A DNA stretch of 64,000 nt from contig CAWBAN010000001.1 of NCBI GenBank assembly GCA_963786935.1, positions 192,001 to 256,000 on the forward strand. The letters run 5' to 3'. The position numbers and the translations under genes were made by a program. Positions 49,057-59,101 of the stretch are shown here, in pieces. The DNA is from an uncultured bacterium. GTDB lineage: Bacteria; Krumholzibacteriota; Krumholzibacteriia; Krumholzibacteriales; Krumholzibacteriaceae. The notes under the pieces were generated by a model. That model was not told the origin of the DNA. It worked only from the letters and a program-made list of their open reading frames with translations, and made no database searches. Each line of letters begins with the position of its first letter. The stretch's first letter is position 1.

Positions 49057-49794
49057 ATGGCTTGCGATGCGGATGAGCTTCTGTTAGGTTTCAGCCGGCA
49101 GTGCGGGGCGGGGAGGCTTGTGGGTGCTGGGAAATCGTCACTCGAGCTGCTGAGATCGAGGGGCGTGGTGCGCGGTCTCGAGGCGATCGGCGAAACCGAG
49201 TTGATCGCGCTCGTGATCGGCGCGTGCAACCATCGATCGGGCGGGGCGATCGCCCAGGAATTGATCGACCGTTTCGGCGGCCTCGCCGGATTGGAAGGCG
49301 CGGCGGTCGAGGAGCTCATGACGATCGAGGGATTGGGACCCGCGTCGTCGATGAGGCTCAAGGCTTCGTTCGAGCTCGGCAAACGGTGCATCGTCTCGAT
49401 GAGGGAGGGCGCCATCCGGAAGCTGCGGGGGCCCGAAGATGCGGCCGCGATCATGACCGTCGAGATGCGCGGGCTCGATCGAGAGCACTTCAAGGCGATC
49501 CTCCTCGACACGAAGAACGGCATCCGCAAGGTCGTGACGGTTGCGGTGGGATCGCTGAACGCGGCGCTCGTTCATCCGCGGGAGCTGTTCAAGGCCGCGG
49601 TCGCGGCGAGCGCGGCGGGCATCATTCTCGTGCACAACCACCCGACCGGGAATCCGGAGCCAAGCGTCGAAGACACGGAGCTCACGCTCCGTTTCGTGAA
49701 ATGCGGAGAGCTCATGGGTATCGAACTCGTCGACCATATCGTCATCGGGGGCGATCGATTCGTCAGCTTGCGCGAGCGCGGTCTCATCGCGTGA
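49057..49794 (+). CDS. radC: RadC/UPF0758 JAB-domain protein (start uncertain; GTG 49120 possible)
   Basis: HhH-like [32 protein letters not shown] and DHIVIG motifs; lies directly before mreB. Confidence 0.9.
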   Translation: MACDADELLLGFSRQCGAGRLVGAGKSSLELLRSRGVVRGLEAIGETELIALVIGACNHRSGGAIAQELIDRFGGLAGLEGAAVEELMTIEGLGPASSMRLKASFELGKRCIVSMREGAIRKLRGPEDAAAIMTVEMRGLDREHFKAILLDTKNGIRKVVTVAVGSLNAALVHPRELFKAAVAASAAGIILVHNHPTGNPEPSVEDTELTLRFVKCGELMGIELVDHIVIGGDRFVSLRERGLIA

Positions 49795-49813
49795 GGAAAG
49801 GCGAGGGTTATCC

Positions 49814-50848
49814 GTGCTGGACCGTTTAGCGAACTATTTCTCGAACGAAATCGCGATCGATCTCGGCACCGCCAACACGCTCGTGTACGTGAAGGGGAAC
49901 GGCATCGTTCTCAACGAGCCGTCGGTCGTCGCCGTGGATCAGAAGACGAAGCGCGTGTACGCGGTGGGGGCCGAGGCCAAGGCGATGCTCGGCAAGACGC
50001 CCGATCACATCGTCGCGATCCGCCCGCTCAAGGACGGCGTCATCGCCGACTTCGAGATCACCGAGGACATGCTCCGCGAGTTCATCAAGAAAGCGCAGAA
50101 GAAGCGCTTCTTCATCCGACCCCGCATCGTCATCGCGGTGCCGTCGGGGATCACCGAGGTCGAGCGCCGCGCCGTGACCGATTCGGCGCAGCACGCCGGG
50201 GCGCGCGAGGTGTTCCTCATCGCGGAGCCGATCGCCGCCGCGATCGGCGTGGGGCTGCCCGTCGACAAGCCCTCCGGCAACATGGTGATCGACATCGGCG
50301 GCGGCACGACCGAGATCGCGGTCATCGCGCTCAACGGTATCGTCACCGATATGTCGATCCGCATCGCCGGCGACGAGATGGACGAGGCGATCGTCCTTCA
50401 CATCAAGAAAGCGTACAACCTCCTCATCGGCGACCAGACCGCCGAGCACGTCAAGATGGTGGTCGGCTCGGCGCCGAAGCTCAAGAAAGAGGAGGAAATG
50501 GAGATCAAGGGGCGCGATCTGGTATCGGGCATTCCCAAGACGCTGAAGATATCGAGCGTCGAGGTCCGCGAGGCGCTCGCGGAGCCGGTGAGCCAGATCG
50601 TCGCGGCGGTCAAGACCGCGCTCGAGCAGACGCCGCCCGAGCTCGCGGCCGACATCGTTGACCGGGGGATCGTCATGACGGGCGGCGGCTCGCTGCTGCG
50701 CGGACTGGACACCCTCCTCAAGGAGGAGACGAACCTCCCGATCAACGTCGTCGAGGATCCGCTCACGTGCGTCGTGCTCGGATGCGGCAAGGTTCTGTTG
50801 AACCTGCATCAGTACGAACGGATCATCATGAAGAGCTCCCGGTTCTAA
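49814..50848 (+). CDS. mreB: Rod shape-determining protein MreB
   Basis: [29 protein letters not shown] and TGGGSLL motifs. Confidence 0.98.
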   Translation: MLDRLANYFSNEIAIDLGTANTLVYVKGNGIVLNEPSVVAVDQKTKRVYAVGAEAKAMLGKTPDHIVAIRPLKDGVIADFEITEDMLREFIKKAQKKRFFIRPRIVIAVPSGITEVERRAVTDSAQHAGAREVFLIAEPIAAAIGVGLPVDKPSGNMVIDIGGGTTEIAVIALNGIVTDMSIRIAGDEMDEAIVLHIKKAYNLLIGDQTAEHVKMVVGSAPKLKKEEEMEIKGRDLVSGIPKTLKISSVEVREALAEPVSQIVAAVKTALEQTPPELAADIVDRGIVMTGGGSLLRGLDTLLKEETNLPINVVEDPLTCVVLGCGKVLLNLHQYERIIMKSSRF

Positions 50849-50849
50849 G

Positions 50850-51704
50850 ATGCATGTTCTCTCGTTCCTCTTCGACAAGCATCTCGACAAGACGATCCTC
50901 GTGATCGCCGTCGCGCTCTCGATCACGCTCCTCGCGCTCGGTGAGCGGAGCCGCGTCGGGATGGCGCGCGCGATCACCGCCGTCCTGCTCTCTCCGGTCG
51001 AACGGGTGACGGGACGCTTCGAATCGGTGGAGGCGCTGCGGAGCGAGAACGCGGAGCTCCGCGCCATGGTCGCGACCCTGTACCAGGAGCGCGAGCGGCT
51101 CATGGAGTTCGCCGAGGAACGGAACCGCCTGCGCCGGCTCCTCGATCTCAAGTCGGATTCGTTCTACCGTTTCGTCCCGTGCGAGATACTCTCCCGATCG
51201 TCGACGTCGTTCTTCCGTTCGATCGCCGTGGACCGGGGGTCGGCCGATTCGGTCCGCGTCGGCATGGCGGTCGTCGGCTTCCAGGGGCTCGTCGGCCGGG
51301 TTTCGCAGGTGTTCCCGGGGTCTTCGCAGGTCGTGCTCATCAACAACAAATCGATCTCGGTGAGCTGCATGAACCGCCGCAGCCGCGTCGTCGGGATGCT
51401 GGAGTGGGACCGGGGCAGCTTCTTCCGGCTCGAATACGTGGGGAAGGAGGAGGACGTCGTCGTCGGGGACACGCTCGTCACGAGCGGTCTCGGTCTCCTC
51501 TTCCCGAAAGGTTTCCCCGTGGGGACGGTCTTCCAGATCACGGATGACAAAGGGGGCATCGCGAAACGGGTCCGCGTCGCGAGCGCGGCGAATCTGAACG
51601 CCCTCGAGGAGCTCTTCATCGTGACCGGCGCGCGGGAGTGGAACGACACGGGAATACTGAACGAGCTCGAGCGGTTCGACGCGAAGAACGCCCGGGCGAG
51701 GTGA
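50850..51704 (+). CDS. mreC: Rod shape-determining protein MreC
   Basis: TM plus coiled coil; GLVGRV and GDTLVTSGLG..FPKGFPVG motifs. Confidence 0.93.
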   Translation: MHVLSFLFDKHLDKTILVIAVALSITLLALGERSRVGMARAITAVLLSPVERVTGRFESVEALRSENAELRAMVATLYQERERLMEFAEERNRLRRLLDLKSDSFYRFVPCEILSRSSTSFFRSIAVDRGSADSVRVGMAVVGFQGLVGRVSQVFPGSSQVVLINNKSISVSCMNRRSRVVGMLEWDRGSFFRLEYVGKEEDVVVGDTLVTSGLGLLFPKGFPVGTVFQITDDKGGIAKRVRVASAANLNALEELFIVTGAREWNDTGILNELERFDAKNARAR

Positions 51705-51706
51705 GC

Positions 51707-52204
51707 ATGGGTATCCTGCGGATCATCATCGTGGCCCTCGTCGTCTTCATCCTCCAGGTGACGGCGATCAGCCACATCGCCGTGGCGGGGTGCGCCCCCG
51801 ATCTCATGGTGATTCTCCTCGTCGCCCTCGTGCTCGAGCGCGGCCCCATTCTCGCCGTCATCATCGGTTTTCTCCTCGGCTTTCTCCAGGATCTCGGCAA
51901 CGCGTCGTTCCTCGGCATGAACGCACTCGCGAAATCGATCCTCGCGTACGGCGTCTCGCGCGTCGGGGGCGGCCTCCTTCCCGAGAACGCGCTCTACAAG
52001 GGCTTCATCATCTTCGCGGCCTGCCTCGTCAACGACGTCGTCGTGCTGCCGATCGTCACGTCCTTTTCCCTCGGCGACGTCGTCGTGTCGTTCTTCCGGT
52101 TTTCGCTCCTGTCGGCGCTCTATTCGGCGGCGCTCGGCGTGATCGTCTACACGCTGCTCGAGCTTCTGACGCGAAGGGTGGTGCGTCCCGGTGGCGGACG
52201 TTGA
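51707..52204 (+). CDS. mreD: Rod shape-determining protein MreD
   Basis: Hydrophobic; PDL and GFLLGFLQD..LGMNAL motifs; operon position. Confidence 0.88.
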   Translation: MGILRIIIVALVVFILQVTAISHIAVAGCAPDLMVILLVALVLERGPILAVIIGFLLGFLQDLGNASFLGMNALAKSILAYGVSRVGGGLLPENALYKGFIIFAACLVNDVVVLPIVTSFSLGDVVVSFFRFSLLSALYSAALGVIVYTLLELLTRRVVRPGGGR

Positions 52205-54050
52205 TCTCCACGGCGAATCGATACTCGATCCCCGGCGGCGCACGCTGTCGATGATCCTCGTCGGGGCCATGGCGCTCCTCATGATCCGGCTGTTCGTCCT
52301 GCAGGTCATCCGTCACGACTACTACACGAAGCTCTCCTTCTCGAATCAGCTCCAGCGGGAACGGATCATCGCGCCGCGCGGAATCATCAAGGCGCGGGAC
52401 GGCTCGAAGCTCGTCGTCAACATGCCCGTGTATCAAATCAGCGTGCTGCCGAACCGGGCGGCGAAGCGGCGCGAGCTCCTTACGCTCGCCTGCCGGTGGC
52501 TCAAGCTCGATCCGGCGAAGGTGCAGGGGGACCTCGACGCGTGGATGGGACGCTACCCCGACGGGAGGGAAATGGTCGTCGTGCAGGCCGCCGACAAGGA
52601 GCAGATATCGGTGCTTCGGGAGAACCGCGACCTTCTCTCGTTTTTCCGGCTCGACATGGAGCAGCGGCGTTTCTATCCGGAAGGAAGGCTCGCCGCGCAC
52701 GTGTTCGGCTACGTGGGAGAGGCGACCGACGAGGAGGTCGCGAAATCCGAGGCGATCGAGCGGGGAGACGTGCTCGGCCGCACCGGCCTCGAACGGGAGT
52801 ACGAGAAATACCTGCGGGGGACGGACGGAATCCGCATCATCGGCATCAGCGTGCAGGGGACCGAGGTCGGCGAGGTGAGCAATCTGATGAACGAGGACGA
52901 GATCGAGCGCCTCGGCGGCGCGAGATCCCCGGTCCCGGGGGACGAGATCCATCTCACCATCGATCTCAACGTCCAGCGCGCCGCGGAAGCGGCGTTCCAG
53001 TGGGAGAGCGGCGCGCTCGTCGCCATGGACCCGCGCACCGGCGAGATCCTCGCCGCAGTGAGCCGGCCGACATACGATCCGAACATGTTCATCGAAGGCG
53101 TGAGCGACGAGAAGTGGAAGCAGCTCTTCGAGGATCCGGCGCAGGCGATGTTCAACAGGATCGTCCAGGCCCAGTATCCGCCGGGCTCCACCTTCAAGCC
53201 CGTGACCGCCTACGAGGCGCTCACGAGCGGGAAGATCGGCGAGCACGCGTATCAGCACCCCTGCTCCGGCGGTCTCCGGTTCGGCAACCGCTATTTCAAA
53301 TGCTGGCAGGCGAAGGGGCACGGATCGCTCCAGATCGAAGACGCGATCATCCAATCGTGCGACGTCTATTTCTACCAGCTCGGCGAGAAGCTCTCGATCG
53401 ACGAGTTCGCCGCCGCGGGGCGCCTGTTCGGGCTCGGGAAGAAATCGGGCGTGGATCTTCCGAGCGAGGCTTCCGGCGTGATGCCCGACGGCGCGTACCT
53501 CGACCGGCTGTTCGGGAAGCGGAAGTGGTCGCGGGGGCTGCTCCTCAACTACTCGATCGGGCAGGGGGAGATCCTCGCCACGCCGATGCAGCTCTGCGCG
53601 CTCGCGGCCCGGTTCGCGAACGGCGGGAGACGGATCCAGCCGCATATCGTCAGCCGGATCGTCGATCCCGACGGCACGGTCGTTTTCAAAGCGAAGGCGG
53701 ACGCGACCCCCATTCCCGGCATCGATCAGCGCGCCCTCGGGATCGTGCGGGACGCGTTGCGGGGAGTCGTGGAGGGCGAGCGGGGGACGGGACGGGCGTC
53801 CGCGATCCCGGGCATCGCGGTCGCGGGAAAAACAGGCACGGCGCAGAATCCGCGCGGCAACGATCACGCGCTGTTCATCGCGTACGCCCCGGCCGACGAT
53901 CCGGCGATTTGCATTGCCGTCGTGATGGAGAACGCCGGGCACGGCGGCTCGATGGCCGCGCCCATCGCGCGGCAGGTGCTGGCGGCCTTCTTCAATCCGC
54001 TCGAAAGCCCGGGGCCGCTCGCCTCGCAGGCGTTCGGAGCGCGGGAATAG
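52191..54050 (+). CDS. mrdA: Penicillin-binding protein 2
   Basis: APRGII, PPGSTFK (SxxK), SCD (SxD) and KTGTAQ motifs. Confidence 0.95.
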   Translation: MADVDLHGESILDPRRRTLSMILVGAMALLMIRLFVLQVIRHDYYTKLSFSNQLQRERIIAPRGIIKARDGSKLVVNMPVYQISVLPNRAAKRRELLTLACRWLKLDPAKVQGDLDAWMGRYPDGREMVVVQAADKEQISVLRENRDLLSFFRLDMEQRRFYPEGRLAAHVFGYVGEATDEEVAKSEAIERGDVLGRTGLEREYEKYLRGTDGIRIIGISVQGTEVGEVSNLMNEDEIERLGGARSPVPGDEIHLTIDLNVQRAAEAAFQWESGALVAMDPRTGEILAAVSRPTYDPNMFIEGVSDEKWKQLFEDPAQAMFNRIVQAQYPPGSTFKPVTAYEALTSGKIGEHAYQHPCSGGLRFGNRYFKCWQAKGHGSLQIEDAIIQSCDVYFYQLGEKLSIDEFAAAGRLFGLGKKSGVDLPSEASGVMPDGAYLDRLFGKRKWSRGLLLNYSIGQGEILATPMQLCALAARFANGGRRIQPHIVSRIVDPDGTVVFKAKADATPIPGIDQRALGIVRDALRGVVEGERGTGRASAIPGIAVAGKTGTAQNPRGNDHALFIAYAPADDPAICIAVVMENAGHGGSMAAPIARQVLAAFFNPLESPGPLASQAFGARE

Positions 54051-54054
54051 AGCG

Positions 54055-55323
54055 ATGGGCGAGCGGTACTTCCACGATTTCGATTGGATGATCCTGCTGC
54101 CGGCGCTTCTCCTCATCGCGGCGGGGCTCCTCACCCTCTATTCGATCGATCACGTTCCCGCCGAATTCAAGGACGACTTTCAACCGGTGAAGACGGGCGC
54201 TTTCGAGCGGCAGCTGATCTGGGTGCTCGCCGGGCTCGCCGTGATGGCGGTCGCGTGCCTCGTCCCCTTCAAGTACTACGAGGGGACGGCCGTCATCTTC
54301 TACGGTGTCGGTCTCCTGCTCCTCGTCGCCGTGCTCTTCGCGCCGGCGGTGAAGGGAGCGAGGCGCTGGATCGATATCGGCGGATTCAACCTGCAGCCGA
54401 GCGAGTTCATGAAGATAGCGGTCATATTCATGCTCGCGCGCTTTCTCGCCGAGAAGCGGAACCGGCCCGACAGCTTCCGCGTTCTGGCGATCGGCGCCGC
54501 GATCGCCCTCGTGCCGTTCCTCCTCGTGGTGAAGGAGCCGGATCTCGGCACGTCGATCGTCTACCTCGCGCTCCTCTTTCCCGTCATGTACTGGCGGGGC
54601 ATCGACGAGAGCCTCCTCATCCTCTTCATGACGCCGATCCTGAGCGCGCTCCTCACGGTGTTCAGCGCGACGGCGGCGGAGCGGGGCAGCTACCCGTATC
54701 TCCTGCTCCTGTTCTTCATCGTGATCCTCATCGCGGCGTACCGCAGCAGGCGCGACCTCGTCCGGAGCATTTCCCTCGTCGGATTGAACGTCGGCGTGAT
54801 GCTCCTCGTGCCGATCGCGTGGAGCAGGCTCGAGCCGTACCAGCAGCAGCGCGTCATCACGTTTCTCAGACCGGAATCCGATATCCGCGGCTCGGGGTGG
54901 CAGGTGTACCAGTCGAAGCTCGCGATCGGCTCGGGAGGCTTCATGGGGAAGAAATTCCTCCACGGAACGCACAAGCTCCTCGCGTTTCTTCCCGAGCGCC
55001 ACAGCGATTTCATCTATTCGGTCATGTCCGAGGAGTTCGGATTCCTCGGCGCCCTCGTGCTCCTCGTGCTGTACTCGATCATCATCGTCCGCGGGCTCTA
55101 TCTCGCCACGAAGGTGAAGAACCGGTTCGCGTCGATCACCGCCGTGGGCATCTGCTCCTACTTCGCGTTCCACGCGATCATCAACATCGGGATGACGACC
55201 GGCCTCACGCCGGTGACCGGGCTCCCGCTCCCCTTCATGAGCTACGGCGGTTCGTCGATGGTGGTGAGCTGCTTCCTCATCGGCGTGCTGCTCAATTTCA
55301 GCAGACGCTTCTACGAGTACTAG
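54055..55323 (+). CDS. rodA: Rod shape-determining SEDS protein RodA
   Basis: RRWI, QPSEFMK, EPDLGT, AIGSGG, PERHSDFI and LPFMSYGGSS motifs. Confidence 0.95.
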   Translation: MGERYFHDFDWMILLPALLLIAAGLLTLYSIDHVPAEFKDDFQPVKTGAFERQLIWVLAGLAVMAVACLVPFKYYEGTAVIFYGVGLLLLVAVLFAPAVKGARRWIDIGGFNLQPSEFMKIAVIFMLARFLAEKRNRPDSFRVLAIGAAIALVPFLLVVKEPDLGTSIVYLALLFPVMYWRGIDESLLILFMTPILSALLTVFSATAAERGSYPYLLLLFFIVILIAAYRSRRDLVRSISLVGLNVGVMLLVPIAWSRLEPYQQQRVITFLRPESDIRGSGWQVYQSKLAIGSGGFMGKKFLHGTHKLLAFLPERHSDFIYSVMSEEFGFLGALVLLVLYSIIIVRGLYLATKVKNRFASITAVGICSYFAFHAIINIGMTTGLTPVTGLPLPFMSYGGSSMVVSCFLIGVLLNFSRRFYEY

Positions 55324-55332
55324 GAGGGCCGT

Positions 55333-56118
55333 GTGCATCCCATACTGATCGAGATCGGACCGCTCAAGATATACTCATACGGCTTCATGCTCGCGCTCAG
55401 CTTCTGGATCGGGATCCTGCTCGCGGCGCGGCGTGCCGCGCGGCGCGGCGTCAAGCCGGATCACATCTACGACATGAGCATCATCCTGATCCTCGCCGCC
55501 GTGATCGGGTCGCGCGCGCTGTACATCCTCACGCACCGCGCGGATTACCGGAGCCTCATCGACATCGTGGCGCTGTGGCAGGGGGGAGCGACCTTCTACG
55601 GGGGCTTCATCCTCGCGCTCGCCGGGGCGATCGCCTATATCCGGAGCAGGAAGCTCGCGTTCCTCGTCGTCGCCGACGTGTGCGCCCCATCGATCGCGCT
55701 CGGCTTCTTTTTCACGAGGATCGGCTGCTTCCTGAGCGGATGCTGCTTCGGGCATCCGACCGCTTCGTTTCTCGGCGTCGTCTTTCCGCCCGGGTCCCCG
55801 GCGGGGTATTACTGCGCCGGCGTCGCGGTGCACCCGACGCAGCTCTACGATTCCTTCTACGGCCTCGTCACCGCGTGCGCGCTCCTGCTCATCGATCGGA
55901 ATAGTCCGTTCGCCGGCTTCACCTTCGCCATGCTGTGCGTGCTCTACGGGGCGGGGCGCTTCACGATCGATTTTCTCAGGTTCTACGAGGATTCGGCCGT
56001 GGTGGGCAATCGTCTCGCGGTGAGCCAGATCATGAGCCTCGCGCTCATCGCGGTCGGTGTCCTCATGCTCGTGGCGCTGTCGGCCCGCGCGCGGAGGGCG
56101 AGGGGGACGGCGGCGTAG
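55333..56118 (+). CDS. lgt: Prolipoprotein diacylglyceryl transferase
   Basis: HPILI.IG...YSYG, GGATFYGG, RIGCFLSGCCFG, HPTQLY and RFTIDFLR motifs. Confidence 0.92.
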   Translation: MHPILIEIGPLKIYSYGFMLALSFWIGILLAARRAARRGVKPDHIYDMSIILILAAVIGSRALYILTHRADYRSLIDIVALWQGGATFYGGFILALAGAIAYIRSRKLAFLVVADVCAPSIALGFFFTRIGCFLSGCCFGHPTASFLGVVFPPGSPAGYYCAGVAVHPTQLYDSFYGLVTACALLLIDRNSPFAGFTFAMLCVLYGAGRFTIDFLRFYEDSAVVGNRLAVSQIMSLALIAVGVLMLVALSARARRARGTAA

Positions 56119-56176
56119 GGCGGCGGCGCGCGGGGCGCGCGTCGGGATCGCGATCAGGGGGAAGGGCGGCGGTGCG

Positions 56177-56965
56177 GTGCGGGGATTTCTCTCGTTTCTC
56201 CTCGATATGCTCGTTCCGCGTTCGTGCCTCGTCTGCGGGCGGGGGATCGGGCCGTTCGATCCCGCCTCCGGCGCGGCCGTATCGGGCTCGTGCGCCCGCA
56301 TGAAAGAGTTCCTCGAGTCGGAGCTGCGCTTCTCCCTCTTCACGGGGCTCTCGCTCTCGGCGGACGTTCTCTGCGCGGGCTGCTGGACGAGGCTCGAGCC
56401 CGCCCGGGGAGCGGGATTCGTTTCGCCGTTCGCCGGCGGCGACGGAACGGTATCGGTCATCGCTCCGTTCCACACGAACGACGAGCTCCTCGCGCTCGTG
56501 CGGTTTCTCAAGTTCTCGGGCGGGAGATCCGCGGCTCCGCCGCTCGGCTGGTGGATGGCGGCGGCGCTCGGGGATTACCTCGAGCGGTCGCGCGGCCGCG
56601 ATTCGCTCCGCCCGCTGCTCATCCCCGTTCCGCTCCATCCAAAACGGGAGAAGGAGCGCGGCTACAATCAGTCGGCGCTGCTCGTCGGGGAAGTTGCCGG
56701 GCGTCTCGGGCTCGCGGCGGATCCGCGCGTTCTCGTGAGAATCAGGAACACGAGAGCGCAATCGACGCTCGACCGGGAAGCGCGCTCGGGGAACATGAGC
56801 GGCGCCTTCAGTCTCGGCGACGGAGCGGCCGCCGCGGGCAGAGACATCGTTCTGGTGGACGATCTGGTGACGACGGGGGAGACGGTGAGGGCCTGCGCCG
56901 CGGCGCTCGCCGCGGCGTCGCCGCGATCCGTCATCGTCCTTTCGGCGGGCCGCGCAAGAGATTGA
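56177..56965 (+). CDS. comF: ComF-family phosphoribosyltransferase-like protein
   Basis: CLVC/CAGC, PVPLH..RGYNQS and LVDDLVTTGET motifs. GTG 56177 is the likely start. Confidence 0.85.
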   Translation: MRGFLSFLLDMLVPRSCLVCGRGIGPFDPASGAAVSGSCARMKEFLESELRFSLFTGLSLSADVLCAGCWTRLEPARGAGFVSPFAGGDGTVSVIAPFHTNDELLALVRFLKFSGGRSAAPPLGWWMAAALGDYLERSRGRDSLRPLLIPVPLHPKREKERGYNQSALLVGEVAGRLGLAADPRVLVRIRNTRAQSTLDREARSGNMSGAFSLGDGAAAAGRDIVLVDDLVTTGETVRACAAALAAASPRSVIVLSAGRARD

Positions 56966-57106
56966 GAATTATATGCCCTGCGCGTTTCTGGGGACCTCCT
57001 CGCGGCGGCCGGCGGCCGGCCTTCTGCGCTTGACAGACCGGGGCGTCCTGTGGGAACATTGCCCTGTTTCGGCGAATTCGCCGGACAAGAACAAGGGAAG
57101 GGAATC

Positions 57107-58030
57107 GTGCTCGCTACCAACCGAGAGCTCATGGCGGCCGCCCGGAAGGGCACGTACGCGGTTGGCGCTTTCAACATAAACAATATGGAATTCCTGCAGG
57201 CGATCACGGGCGCCGCCGAGGAGCTCGGGAGCCCCGCGATCATCGCCCTCTCGGAAGGGGCGATCAAGTACGCCGGTTTCAGGAACATCGTTTCGATGGT
57301 GAGGTTCACGGCCGAGGAGAAGAAGGTTCCCATCTCCCTGCACCTCGATCACGGGAAGGACATGGAAGTCATCGCGAAATGCATCGAGGGAGGCTTCACC
57401 TCGGTGATGATCGACGGTTCCGCGCTCCCCTTCGAGGAGAACGTGACGGTGACGACGCGAGTCGTCCAGATGGCCAAGCCGAAGGGAGTCTCGGTCGAGG
57501 GAGAGCTCGGGAAGCTCGCCGGGATCGAGGACAACGTCTCGGTCGCCGAGCGCGACGCGGCGCTCACCGATCCGGCGCAGGCGGAGGAGTTCGTCAAGCG
57601 CACCGGCGTCGACGCGCTCGCGATCGCCGTCGGCACCTCCCACGGCGCGTACAAATTCAAGGGAGCCGCGAACCTCGCGCTCGACCGCATCAGCGAGATC
57701 GCTTCGCGCGTCCCCGCGCTCCTCGTGCTCCACGGCGCGTCGGGCGTCAAGCAGGAGAACGTCGATATCGCCAACAAATTCGGCGCGGCGATCAAGGGGG
57801 CCAAGGGCGTGCCCGACACGGCGATCGTCGAGGCGATCCGCCGGGGAATCACGAAGGTCAACATCGATACGGACATGCGGATCGCGTTCACCGCGTTCGT
57901 GCGGAAGGCGCTCGCCGAGAAGCCCGAGGAGATCGATCCCCGCACGGTGCTCGGTCCGGGGCGGGACGCGATCGCCGCGGTGGTTCGCGAGAAGATAAAG
58001 CTCTTCGGGAGCGAAGGCAAAGCCAGGTAG
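57107..58030 (+). CDS. fba: Class II fructose-1,6-bisphosphate aldolase
   Basis: GAFNINN, LHLDHG, SVMIDGS, GTSHGAYK, LVLHGASG and KVNIDTD motifs. GTG 57107 follows GGAAGGG. Confidence 0.95.
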   Translation: MLATNRELMAAARKGTYAVGAFNINNMEFLQAITGAAEELGSPAIIALSEGAIKYAGFRNIVSMVRFTAEEKKVPISLHLDHGKDMEVIAKCIEGGFTSVMIDGSALPFEENVTVTTRVVQMAKPKGVSVEGELGKLAGIEDNVSVAERDAALTDPAQAEEFVKRTGVDALAIAVGTSHGAYKFKGAANLALDRISEIASRVPALLVLHGASGVKQENVDIANKFGAAIKGAKGVPDTAIVEAIRRGITKVNIDTDMRIAFTAFVRKALAEKPEEIDPRTVLGPGRDAIAAVVREKIKLFGSEGKAR

Positions 58031-58061
58031 GGGAAGCACATCACTCAAGGAGGAGAGTCTC

Positions 58062-59063
58062 ATGGCGATCAAGGTTGCCATCAACGGTTTCGGGAGAATC
58101 GGCCGCCTCGTGTTTCGCGAGATCGGGAAGAACAAGGATTTCGACGTCGTCGCCGTCAACGATCTCACGAACGCGGCCACGCTCGCGCACCTCGTGAAGT
58201 ACGACTCCGTTCACGGGAAGTACAAGGGCTCGGTGGCGGTCAAGGACGACAAGTACATCGTCGTGGACGGAAACGAGGTTGAAGTGCTCGCCGAGAAGAA
58301 TCCGGCGGCGCTGCCGTGGAAGAAGCTCGGCGTCGACGTCGTCATCGAATCGACCGGCAAGTTCCGCAAGCACAAGGACGCCTCGCTCCACATCGAGGCG
58401 GGCGCGCGGAAGGTCATCATCTCGGCGCCGTCCCCCGATCCCGACATCATGATCGTCATGGGCGTGAACGACAAGCTCTACGACAACGCGAAGCACCACA
58501 TCATCTCGACCGCTTCGTGCACGACGAACTGCATCGCGCCGATCGCCAAGATTCTCCACGATTCCTTCGGGATCGCGAACGGCTTCATGACGACGATCCA
58601 CGCGTACACGAACGACCAGGTGATCCTCGATTTTCCGCACAAGGACCTCCGGCGGGCGCGCGCCGCGGCCGTGTCCATGATCCCGACGACGACGGGCGCC
58701 GCCTCGGCCGTCGGCAAGGTGATGCCCGAGCTCAAGGGGAAGCTCGACGGCACGTCGGTGCGCGTTCCCGTGGCCGACGGCTCGCTCGTCGACCTCGTGG
58801 TGACGCTCGAGAAGGACGCCACGGTCGAGGCGATCAACGCCGCCGTCAAGAAGGCGGCCGCCGGGCCGATGAAGGGCTTCGTCGAGTACTGCGAGGATCC
58901 GATCGTGTCGTGCGACGTCATCGGCAATCCCGCCTCGTCGATCTTCGACGCGCTCTCCACGATGAGCGTCACGCCTCGGGTGTTCAAGATATTCTCGTGG
59001 TACGATAACGAATACGGCTATTCGATGAGAATGGTCGACATGATGAAGCTCATCGCCCGGTAG
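58062..59063 (+). CDS. gap: Type I glyceraldehyde-3-phosphate dehydrogenase
   Basis: AINGFGRIGR, ASCTTNC and WYDNEYGY motifs. Confidence 0.98.
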   Translation: MAIKVAINGFGRIGRLVFREIGKNKDFDVVAVNDLTNAATLAHLVKYDSVHGKYKGSVAVKDDKYIVVDGNEVEVLAEKNPAALPWKKLGVDVVIESTGKFRKHKDASLHIEAGARKVIISAPSPDPDIMIVMGVNDKLYDNAKHHIISTASCTTNCIAPIAKILHDSFGIANGFMTTIHAYTNDQVILDFPHKDLRRARAAAVSMIPTTTGAASAVGKVMPELKGKLDGTSVRVPVADGSLVDLVVTLEKDATVEAINAAVKKAAAGPMKGFVEYCEDPIVSCDVIGNPASSIFDALSTMSVTPRVFKIFSWYDNEYGYSMRMVDMMKLIAR

Positions 59064-59101
59064 CCGGGCGCGTCACGCTCACCCTCGAGGAGGAGAAGGC
59101 A

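Noticed and set aside
49057..49794. radC as a marker of a mobile element
   Set aside because: It is the long form in the ordinary chromosomal radC-mreBCD context, with no mobility genes nearby.
57030..57060. Promoter for fba-gap-pgk-tpiA
   Set aside because: A perfect TTGACA is present but there is no convincing -10 box at 16-18 nt, so it is not listed as a feature.
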